Both the position numbers and the translations under genes were made by a program. Below are positions 1 through 10,000 of a DNA stretch of 64,000 bases, piece after piece (the first letter of the stretch is position 1; each line of letters opens with the position of its first letter). Source of the DNA: Salinivirgaceae bacterium (GTDB lineage Bacteria > Bacteroidota > Bacteroidia > Bacteroidales > SZUA-534). The notes under the pieces were generated by a model, which ran no database searches, was not told the origin of the DNA, and saw only the letters and a list, made by a program, of their open reading frames with translations. The stretch covers positions 83,563-147,562 of the forward strand of contig JAKSOL010000004.1 of assembly GCA_024405635.1 (NCBI GenBank), written 5' to 3'.

Positions 1-776
1 AATTGAAACGCGCGAGGATCCATTCCGTTAGGCAAAAAGTTATAAACGTAGCCGTCTTTGGTTAGTATGTAAAGATCAGCAAACCAGTTTAAGTTAGCTC
101 CATTTTCTGCAAGGTCGAGTGCGGCAGCGTAAAAGAATACACGGCCATCAATTGGTTTTTGTTTGTCAATGCCAAATACTGTAATGTCCCAAGCGCCAGT
201 AACTGTATTGCATTCTGAAATGTTATCGTTCCAATTGCTTGCAGTTCCATACCCTCCAGTGGCTTCGCTTTGTGAGTAAAAACGGAACTCGTAAATACCA
301 TCTTCGGGCACAGTGAATGTGAGAGGAATGTAATAATTATCAGGGCTCTGACTTGCGTTTATGCCATACCGTGGACCGTTCTTCTCTTTGGTACGAGTGT
401 TAATGTAGCCTATGCAATTTGTGGAGTTAACGGTGCCTCGATTGTTTGTGCTTTTTGTAACGTTATATTTCCACTCAGTACCAGTCGATTGACGCACAAT
501 TGATATGTTGCAACCATATTTAGTGCTTTTAGTTGCGTTACTCGAACCAAAGCAAATGGTTTCGTCTTTGCGAGCAATAACCATAAGGGTAGTTTGCATT
601 TCGCGACCAGCTTTTTTCCAAGAACTGGTGTAGTGTAGATATGCACGTTTTGCGTTTGCGCTGGCATTCTTGGGGTTCATATTAAGTTTGTACGAACCTT
701 CGGCCATGCTAAGCATTGGTAATAGAAACAAAGCTGCAAATAACATTGCCGCTTTGCAAAGTCTTGACTTTGTCAT
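1..776 (-). CDS. 5' part of a secreted/surface protein, probably a large T9SS-type cargo; runs off the window edge
   Basis: Not in the ORF track. Manual translation from ATG at 776 gives MTKSRLCKAAMLFAALFLLPMLSMA|EGSYKL...GIYEFRF...WDITV...GRVF...YILTKDGYVY...NGMDPRAFQ with no stop to position 1. Sec signal peptide; TAGTTTTG promoter element upstream. The C-terminus is not visible, so T9SS is inferred. Confidence 0.75.
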   Translation of the reverse strand, partial: MTKSRLCKAAMLFAALFLLPMLSMAEGSYKLNMNPKNASANAKRAYLHYTSSWKKAGREMQTTLMVIARKDETICFGSSNATKSTKYGCNISIVRQSTGTEWKYNVTKSTNNRGTVNSTNCIGYINTRTKEKNGPRYGINASQSPDNYYIPLTFTVPEDGIYEFRFYSQSEATGGYGTASNWNDNISECNTVTGAWDITVFGIDKQKPIDGRVFFYAAALDLAENGANLNWFADLYILTKDGYVYNFLPNGMDPRAFQ

Positions 777-820
777 ATTGTTTGGTTTTTATTAAGTCTT
801 AAAAAGTTTTTTCTAAACTA

Positions 821-855
821 CAAAACTAATACTTATTAACAAATTGTTGATAAGT
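821..855 (-). promoter_or_regulatory. Bacteroidota -7 promoter element (TAGTTTTG, 821-828) with adjacent 25-bp palindrome (831-855)
   Basis: Minus strand 828-821 reads TAGTTTTG (TAnnTTTG). 831-855 ACTTATTAACAA-A-TTGTTGATAAGT is an 11/12 inverted repeat. Confidence 0.55.
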
Positions 856-1034
856 GTAAACGTTGATAATGGCTAAAAATCAGTCAAATACATCATTTAG
901 CATGTGGTTGCAGTTTTTTTATTGATAAATAGAAGAGAAAAATGCTGAAGGGAAACGAGCATTCAGTAAAAAAAGCGCAGCAACATGGGCTTTTTTGCGC
1001 TGAAAATAAAAGTGCTGATTAGTGTAATTTGAAC

Positions 1035-2339
1035 TTAAACAATAAGTTCTGACAATAGTTTAACTTGTTTTTCTCTTGAGAATTGTTCACTATTCTGGCA
1101 GTTGCAAGCAATTTCGCCACACTGAAATTGTGTATATAATGTAGGTAATAGTTCCAAAAGATGTTGCTTGTTGCGTACAATAGTTCCAGCTTTTGCAGTT
1201 TCTATAATTTCTTTCTGCGGATTTAAGTTGCAATCTTCTTTCCCAAAATGACTTTGCTTTAATAGTAAAGCTTCATTGTCGTTGTCGTAACAAAACAAAA
1301 TGTGCCTTTGCAATGCAACATAGTCGTAGATTTTTGTGCCTACTATAGAGTAATAATTGAACAAAAGCAAAATGTTATGCTTGGCAAGTTCCTTTAGTAA
1401 GTCTTTATTATTTAATTGGGGAACGATGTTTACGTATGGTTTTAATTGAGGATACTTTGCATCTAAAAGATGTTCAATTCCAATAAAGTCGCGAATGCCG
1501 AAGAAATTTATTTCAAAATTGTCAATTTGCTTTTTTGTTACAACTTGACAGAAACAATCGAGTACGCTATCTAACGGGTGATATTTGTAAATGGTACCAA
1601 CGTAGGCAAACCTAAGTTTGTCTGATTGCTGTTGTATGTTCTTAATTGCGTTTATGGCGTCGGGGTCGTAGCCGTTGGCAATAACAAAAGCATCGTTTTT
1701 AACAAGGCTTTTGATTTTTGAAACAAAATAATCGTTAACGGTGGTAACGAATTTTGCATTTGAGGTAAACTTTTTTTCAAAAAACGTGTTTCTCCAAAGC
1801 AGAAACCTGTTTTTACTTCTGGTAGGATCTTGAGTCCATGGGTCTCTGTAGTCGGCAATCCATGGAATGTTATGCAATCTGCTTAATTCAGATGCGTATT
1901 TAAAAAGAACAAAAGGTTCGCCAGTTGCTATAATGTAATCAACCGAATTGTGCTGCAAGTACTTTTTGGCGCCCTTATATATGCCCGCTTTTGGTCCTAT
2001 GTTAAAAATGTATTGAACATTGTCGAAAAACGCACTGATGGCTTTACGTATAAAAGCATATTTGTTTTTTCCGTGTTTAAGCAGAATCTTGTTTGCAATA
2101 TTGGGTTTATAAGGTGTACGTATTATGGTGCCATATTCGGTTTCTTCAACAATAGTTTCTTGTGTTGCCGAAGGGGCAATGTAGTCTAATTCGTTACCAT
2201 ATTTGTTTTCCCATTGGCGCGTAACAACAATAGGGTAAACTCCATTTTTTTTAAGGTACTTATACCAGGCAAATGGGCGCAATCCTCCAACTGAAACATA
2301 AGGAGGAAAGTCGTATGCCAGGATAAGTAATCGTTTCAT
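1035..2339 (-). CDS. Glycosyltransferase, GT4/GT-B fold
   Basis: N-terminal LAYDFPPYVSVGGLR, then WIADYRDPW, VIANGYDP, AYVGTIY and TKIYDY motifs typical of GT4-like enzymes. Confidence 0.85.
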   Translation of the reverse strand: MKRLLILAYDFPPYVSVGGLRPFAWYKYLKKNGVYPIVVTRQWENKYGNELDYIAPSATQETIVEETEYGTIIRTPYKPNIANKILLKHGKNKYAFIRKAISAFFDNVQYIFNIGPKAGIYKGAKKYLQHNSVDYIIATGEPFVLFKYASELSRLHNIPWIADYRDPWTQDPTRSKNRFLLWRNTFFEKKFTSNAKFVTTVNDYFVSKIKSLVKNDAFVIANGYDPDAINAIKNIQQQSDKLRFAYVGTIYKYHPLDSVLDCFCQVVTKKQIDNFEINFFGIRDFIGIEHLLDAKYPQLKPYVNIVPQLNNKDLLKELAKHNILLLFNYYSIVGTKIYDYVALQRHILFCYDNDNEALLLKQSHFGKEDCNLNPQKEIIETAKAGTIVRNKQHLLELLPTLYTQFQCGEIACNCQNSEQFSREKQVKLLSELIV

Positions 2340-2364
2340 TTTTGTATCAATTTTACCGCCATTC

Positions 2365-2973
2365 TTACTCCAACTCGCCCTTTCCTTCGCGAATTATCTC
2401 AAAGTCGTTTGTAGTGCAATCAACTACTGTTGAGGGTTGGTTGTCGCCATAGCCGCCATCAATAACAAAATCGACTAAGTGACCGTACTTTTCGTTTATC
2501 AGTTCGGGGTCGGTAATGTATTCTTCAATGTCGTTGTCGGCATGAATGGAGCTTGATAGCATTGGGTTGCCCAATTGTGCAATAATGGCTTGCAGTATGT
2601 TGTTGTTGGGTATGCGAACTCCAACTGTTTTGCGTCGCATTTTAAATTGGCGAGGAATGTTGCTATTTGCCTCAAGCACAAAAGTAAAAGGACCTGGGGT
2701 GTTGCGTTTTATCAACTTAAAGGCAGGTGTTGGCAGTTTGGTGTAGTCCGATACGTGCGATATGTCGCTAAAAACAAAAGAAAAAAAGGCTTTGTTCATA
2801 TCTACGCCTTGTATTTTTGCCAAGCGTTCAACGGCCTTGTGTTGGTTAATGTCGCAACCAATACCATATATAGTGTCGGTTGGGTATATAATAACTCCGC
2901 CGTTTTTCAGCACTTCAACCACGCGGTCAATCTCGCGTTTGTTAGGATTGTCGGGGTGAATTTTCAGTATCAT
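2365..2973 (-). CDS. Sua5/YciO/YrdC family protein (L-threonylcarbamoyladenylate synthase-like, YciO type)
   Basis: GGVIIYPTDTIYGIGCD, PGPFTFVL, KTVGVRIP, PSTVVD, REGKG motifs. ATG at 2973 preferred to the TTG at 2997. Confidence 0.9.
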   Translation of the reverse strand: MILKIHPDNPNKREIDRVVEVLKNGGVIIYPTDTIYGIGCDINQHKAVERLAKIQGVDMNKAFFSFVFSDISHVSDYTKLPTPAFKLIKRNTPGPFTFVLEANSNIPRQFKMRRKTVGVRIPNNNILQAIIAQLGNPMLSSSIHADNDIEEYITDPELINEKYGHLVDFVIDGGYGDNQPSTVVDCTTNDFEIIREGKGELE

Positions 2974-3019
2974 AGTTGTTTGTTTTTGGTTTGCCAAAAG
3001 GGGCTAATTACTAAAACAA

Positions 3020-3706
3020 TTATTTGTTATAGGGTTTGTGTATGGTATGCCACAACTTTTCAAATTCGGTTTTGTATTGCTGAACTAGCGCATAGTTGCT
3101 GGTAACCAAAAGGTTTTCTTGGTTGTGCTTTATTGCGGTGTATGTCCAGTTAAAACTGCCAGTAAATAGCAACCTTGAGTCAATAATACCAAATTTGTTG
3201 TGCATCAGGTGTTGCGAGTGGTTTGTTCGTAACGGAATGTGCTTTTTCTGCAAGAAACTTATCATTGAGCCTGTGTCGGTGGTTTTGTTTATGTCCGACA
3301 CCAATCGCACTTTAATCCCACGGTTGCGCGCCTCAACCAATTCGGTAGCAAGCGGCTTGTAACTTATTGTGTATATGCACACATCGATGCTGCGGTGTGC
3401 GTGCCTAATCAAATCAAGAATGGTTGTGGGAATGTCGTCGCTTGGGCTAAAGTAAGCGTGGTGAAAACGAAAAGTGTAGCGGTCAATGGTGTCGAAACAG
3501 TTTTCGAGCCATATAAGTGTGTCAAGCTCGGGGCGGCGAACCGACAACCGATGCGCATAATTAAACAGCAGTTTCTTCATGTCGCCGCGGCCCACTCGGT
3601 CTATTTGGTTTATCTTGTCAATAATCTCTTGCGGTATTTGATCTTGAAACCGTTCGCCAATGTGCTTCACAAAGTATTCGGCTATTTCGTATTTCACTTT
3701 ATTCAT
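3020..3706 (-). CDS. Single-HKD phospholipase D-family protein (Nuc/MitoPLD-like) with N-terminal helical extension
   Basis: MHNKFGIID...TGSFNWT...NQEN (HxK-x4-D-x6-GSxN); YFSP and SIDVCIY also present. Confidence 0.85.
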   Translation of the reverse strand: MNKVKYEIAEYFVKHIGERFQDQIPQEIIDKINQIDRVGRGDMKKLLFNYAHRLSVRRPELDTLIWLENCFDTIDRYTFRFHHAYFSPSDDIPTTILDLIRHAHRSIDVCIYTISYKPLATELVEARNRGIKVRLVSDINKTTDTGSMISFLQKKHIPLRTNHSQHLMHNKFGIIDSRLLFTGSFNWTYTAIKHNQENLLVTSNYALVQQYKTEFEKLWHTIHKPYNK

Positions 3707-4019
3707 TCCTGCTGAAATTTGCCGTAAGATAAGGCTTTAACGTAATATGAAGTGATGCTTTGTGGCGATTTTTATAAAAATGTAGGTTTATGTATCGGCC
3801 ATTTGCATCAAAATATATTGCCTACTTGCTATAACACTAATAGTAGTGTGCCTTTTGTGCAGTTTTGGATCTTTGCAATCGGTTGTAAATGAGTGCGTAA
3901 ATGCCAATATGTGGCACTTTATTAACATGTTTATTAACCGTTCGCGTGGCAAATGTTGCATCTTATATAGTTTCAATGTGCACTGGTGTAAAAAAAAATA
4001 CAGTTGGCATTTAACTATA

Positions 4020-4027
4020 TACGTTTG
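4020..4027 (+). promoter_or_regulatory. -7 promoter element TACGTTTG for the large surface protein gene
   Basis: Matches TAnnTTTG about 30 nt upstream of ATG 4056. Confidence 0.55.
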
Positions 4028-4055
4028 TGCACTAGAATCAAAAAACCATACTCAA

Positions 4056-7000
4056 ATGAATTTGAAAAACAAACTGGTATTTGCGTTGATGCTGTGTGCA
4101 TCGGCAGTATTTGCACAGGTTGAAGAAAGTAGTACCGATTTTGGTGAGGGTATTGCTTACGACTACGATTATTATAGCAATGGAGAAGAGGCTGGTGGAG
4201 TTTATTTTAAACTCGATGCTTCAACATTACAGGCTACAGTTGTTGCTGGTCCGTTCCAATATCGTGGCGATGTTGTAATTCCTGCAACTGTTACGGTTGA
4301 TGGAAAAACCTACGCTGTTACTACTATTGGTAAAATGGCGTTTTGTAACTGCTTGGAATTGAATTCAGTTAAGTTGGGCGACAATGTTGAAACCATTAAA
4401 ACACAGGCTTTTTACATTGCCGACAATGCTACAAGTGGTTCAGCTCGTCCGTTTTTTATGGACCTCGATGCTCCAAAACTTAAAACTCTTGAGTCTAACT
4501 GCTTTTATTCAACTTATGTTATTGGTAATACCGACATTAACGGCAACGCTGTAACAAGCAATACCGCTACCAATTCAGTAATTAAAATTGGTAAAAACGT
4601 ACAGACTATTGGTAGTGGTATTTGGCAATGGGGCGGCGGCAACTATGCGCAAAAATTTGTGGTTGACCCCGAAAACCAATACTACTGCACCGACGAGTAT
4701 GGCATTCTATATAGCAAAGACAAAAAAACATTGGTAATTGCTCCACGCTATTTGAAACTAGCAATGGGCAACCCAACAACCTTTGAATATAACATTCCCG
4801 AAACCGTGACATTGGTTCACAGTTTTGCTTTTTATTTTGTATCAACCAACAACTGGCTTAGTCTTACTGGTCTCGATGGCATTTCATCAATAACCAGTTG
4901 TACAGTTGGTAGCGCAATTAAGTCGCTCAACATTGGTCGCAATGTTAAAACAGTAAACATTGGTGGTATTATGTATTCAGGCTATACCGATTACACAGTA
5001 TCGGAAGGTAGCCCATATTTCACTGTTATTGACCACGTGCTTTACAAGTTGAACAGCAGCGGTCAACCATCGGAACTTGTTCATGTATCGCGCGCAAGCC
5101 GCAGCGACACTGTTCGCCTTCCTGCAACTGTTACATCAATCGGAACGTATGCTTTTTACAGCAACCAATATGTTAAAGGAATTGACTGCTCAAAAGCAAC
5201 AAACCTAACCTCCATTGCCGAAACTGCAGCTCATGGCGCAAAATTTGAGATTGAGTATTCTAATCTTCCTCCGGGCGACAATTCGCCTATTTATGTTGAC
5301 CAATACGGTATTCAATATTCAAAAGACCGAAAGAAAATGTTGCTTTGGAGTTCAAACGTCAAAGCCGATACTGTTATTCTGCCTGTTGAATTAACAACAA
5401 TTTCGGTTTCGGCATTGCGCGAAAACAATTACATTCAGCACATTGTGATGGGAAAGAATGTGAGCAGCATTGCCGACCAAACATTTAATCATCGCTTTGC
5501 CAATCTTAAGAGTTTTAGTGTTGATCCAAATAACAAAAACTTTAAAAACGACGAAAGCGGTGCTCTTTACTCAAAAGATGGCAAAAAACTTCGTTGTTTC
5601 CCTCGTGGCAACGATAGCTTAACTTACAAGGTACTACAAGGCACTACCGAGTTGCCTCGTTATAAAGTTTTTTCGGGTAACAAAAACTTGCAGATTATTG
5701 ACCTTGGTAACACAATGACCAAAGTTGATGAGCAAACCATTACCGATATACCAAACTTGAGTCTTATTCGTGTGGGAACTAAAAACCCACCTCACGCATA
5801 TCTAAGCTCGTTCTCTTCAAACATGTATGGACGTGTGCGTTTGTATGTGCCAAAAGAATTTGAGAGATACTACGAAACTGCATCAATTTGGAACAAGTTT
5901 GTGATTATTAAAGACTTGGCAGAGTATGAAAAAGACGTTGAAACTCTTGAAATTGAAGTTCCTGTTGAAATTTACGAGGAGAATATTGACGACAACGACT
6001 ATACTTTTGCATCAACCAAAAACGGTTACAAAGTAGTCTTTAGAGAGTGGACTAACTACGACATGGAAACCTACAAAGAGGGTTTCACTATTAAACGTCC
6101 AATACAGCAAAAACAAATCAACCGCGGCGGTCAAGCTATATCGATTTATGCAATCCGTAATCGTTACAATGTATCGTGGAAGGTTGGCGACACCGAAGTT
6201 TCTTCAGCTTCGTTAAAATATGGTGCGCAAATTTATCCTCCTGTTGATCCTGCTGCTCCAGTTGACTACAAATTCATTGGTTGGAGCACCAATGCTTCGG
6301 CTACATCGGCAATAAACTTTAGCGATGTTTACACCGTGCCAGCAAACAACATTACTTTCTATGCAATTTTTGTAAAGAAAGATGCTGCAAACTACACAGT
6401 GAACCACTACAAACAAGACCTTGGAGCCAAAACATACACTTTGGTTAGCACACAAACAGGTTCCGATATTCAAGACCGTAACACCAATGCCGTTGCCGAG
6501 TCGTATGAAGGATTTACCGTTGTACCATTTAGCCAAAAGGTTATTGCAGGCGATGGCTCAACTGTGGTGAATATTTATTACAACCGCAACAGTTACAGCC
6601 TAGGTTGGAATTTTGCCGACGGAACACCTTCTGATCAAAACTACACCAAATCGGGTAGTGTACAATATGGCGCAGCTCTTGTTGCTCCAACTCTTTTGCG
6701 AACCGGCTACGACATGGCTTGGGAAACAACTATTCCAAGCACAATGCCTGCTCAAGATGTTACTTACACAGCAGTTTGGACAGCAAAAGAATATCCAATT
6801 AAATGGATGATGAACGACGGCACCGATGTTGTTTACTCATCGGGCAATGTGAATTATGGTACCGACATTGTTGCTCCTGCAGTTAATCCATCGCGTGTGG
6901 GTTACACTTTTGAAGGTTGGAGCGATTCGGAAAATGGTGCTGTTATTGCAAATCTTGGTAAAATGAACACTACAAGCCAAGTAACTTACTACGCAGTGTG

Positions 7001-10000
7001 GACAATAAAACAATACACCGCAACTTGGCATCTTAACAATGGTAGTGGCACTGATCAAACAACCACCATTACTTATGGTCAGCCAATAAGCCCAATTGCC
7101 AATCCAACTGCTCCAGCCGATTACGACTTTGTAGGTTGGAACACCAACGCATCGGCAACTTCGGCCATTACATTTGACAATAATTACACAGCACCTGCTT
7201 CAAATGTCGATTTTTACGCCATTTATGCAATGAAAGGTGCTGCACAATACACTGTTAATCATTACAAACAAGACCTTGGCGCAACAACCTATACTTTGGC
7301 AAACTCGCAAACAGGTTCCGATATTCAAGACCGTTTGACAAATGCAGTGGCCGAATCGTACGAGGGTTTTGCAGTTCAACCATTTGACCAAAAAACCATT
7401 ACAGCCGATGGCAAAACAGTAGTTGACATTTACTACAATCGCATTAGCTACAACCTAACTTGGGATTTTGCTGGTGGCACTTCAACCAACAACAACTACA
7501 CCCAAGCAGGTGCTGTGCAATATGGCGCAACCATTGTTGCACCAACCCTAAGCCGCACAGGTTACGAAATGAGTTGGGCTACTCCTATTGCTAGTACCAT
7601 GCCAGCCGAAAATGTTACATACACAGCAAGCTGGAATGCTAATAGCTACACCATTAGTTGGTTGATGAACGACGGAACAAACGATGCGTTTACTTCAACC
7701 TCAGTTAAATTTGACAACGATATTACTGCTCCAGCAACAACTCCAACTCGCACTGGATACAACTTCAATGGTTGGGCTTCGTCTTCAAACGGCGCAGTGA
7801 TTTCCAACTTTGGCAAACTTGCCACCACAAACGCAGTTTCGTACTACGCAGTGTGGTCAGCTAAACAATTTACTGCAACTTGGCACAAAAACGACGGCTC
7901 AAATGCTACTTCAACCACAAGCATAGTATTTGGACAAACTGTTGAGCCAATTGCCAATCCAACTGCACCAACCGACTATCGTTTTGTAGGTTGGGGAACT
8001 TCAGCCGATGCAACTATTGCTATAAACTTTAACAATTACACAGCATCAACCGACGTCGATTTCTATGCTATTTATGCAATGAAAGATGCTGCACAATACA
8101 CAGTTAACCATTATCAGCAAGACCTTGGCAAAACAACATACACTTTGCACCGCACTCAAACTGGTTCCGATATTCAAGACCGTTTGACCAACGCTGTTGC
8201 AGAGTCGTACGATGGCTTTGCAGTTCAACCGTTTAGTCAAAAAACTATTGCAGGCGATGGTTCAACTGTGGTTGACATTTACTACAACCGCATTAGTTAC
8301 AACTTGGCTTGGGAGTTTGCAGGTGGAACACCAACAAACAACAAATATACTCAAGCGGGAAGCATTCAATATGGTGCTGTAATTACCGCTCCAACTCTAA
8401 AACGCACAGGCTATTCTATGGTTTGGAACAATCCTATTGCTGCAACTATGCCTGCTGCCGATGTAACATACACTGCCGAGTGGAGTGCAAACGAGTATTC
8501 GGTTAAATGGATGATGAACGATGGAACAAACGATGTTCACACTACATCGTATGTTTTGTTTAACGACAACATTGTGGTTCCTTCGGGTATCCCAAGTCGC
8601 GATGGTTATACTCACGCTGGTTGGAGCGATAGCAAAACAGGCTCTGCTCTTACCGATTTTGGTAAACTAACAACTGCTGCCGACAAATCGTTTTATGCCG
8701 TTTGGGCTCCAAACCAATACACCGCAACTTGGCATTTGAATAATGGTTCTGACGAAACACAAACTAGTACAATAGTTTATGGTCAGCCAATTAGCCCTAT
8801 TGCTAATCCAGCTGCGCCAACCGACTATGTTTTTGTAGGTTGGAATACCACCGCATCGGCTACAACAGCCATCACATTTAACGAGAGTTATGTTGCTCCT
8901 GCTTCAAACGTCGATTTTTACGCCGTTTATGCAATGAAAGGATCAGCGCAATACACAATTAACCATTATAAACAAGATTTAGGAGCCGATACCTACACCT
9001 TGGTAAGCACCGAAAAAGGTTCCGACATTCAAGACCGTTTGACAAGTGCACAAGCCGAATCGTTTGAAGGATTTGCAGCTCAAGACTTCGATCAACAACT
9101 AATTGCTGGCGACGGAACTACAGTGGTTAATATTTACTACAATCGTATAAACTACAGCTTGACTTGGGATTTTGCCAATGGCACTCCAGTTGATGACAAT
9201 TACACCAAATCGGGCAATGTGCAATATGGTGCAGCCATTGTTGCTCCAACACTAAACCGCGTAGGTTATTCAATGGAATGGGATTCCCCAATTGCCGAAA
9301 CAATGCCATCAAGCGATGTTTACTACACTGCACAATGGACAGCTAATAACTACTCTGTCGATTGGATGTATAACGATGGAACTAGCCAACTATTCACAAC
9401 AACAAATGTTGACTTTGACGAAAACATTGTAGCTCCAACCGAACAACCAAGCCGCTTGGGTTACACTTTTGCTGGTTGGTCAAACACTCAAGACGGCGAG
9501 GCTGTAACCGACTTCGGAAAACTTACAACAACCAATCAAGTGTCGTTATATGCTACTTGGACAGCCAATAGCTACACCGCAACTTGGTTCAATAACGATG
9601 GTACCGATGACCAAACAACCACTCAAGTTGAATTTGGCCAATCTATTGTTGAGGTTGCTTCTCCTTCTCGCGAGGGTTACACCTTTGCAGGCTGGGGCGA
9701 TGCAGCTAATGCTGAAACTGCCATTTCTGACTTTGGTACAATGACAGTTGACGGTGCCGAATTCTTCGCTTTGTGGACAGCAAACAACTACGAAGCAAAC
9801 TGGTACAACAACGATGGAACCGACAATAAAACAACCACTCAAGTGGCATACGGACAACCAATTGAGCCAATTGCCGACTTGGAGCGCGAGGGATTCGCAT
9901 TTATTGGCTGGGGACACGAACTTACTAGCGTAAGCAGCACTATTGTAACCGATTTCGGTACAATGACTACCAACGGCGCTGATTTCTATGCAGTTTGGGA

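Noticed and set aside
3735-3762. dif-like site (minus strand CAAAGCATCAC-TTCATA-TTACGTTAAAG)
   Set aside because: Only the XerD-like arm resembles the consensus; the XerC arm lacks the inner ATAA, so there is no convincing dyad.
3846-4055. N-terminal extension of the large surface protein given in the ORF track
   Set aside because: A signal peptide starts at ATG 4056 and a promoter element lies at 4020-4027, so the extension is intergenic.
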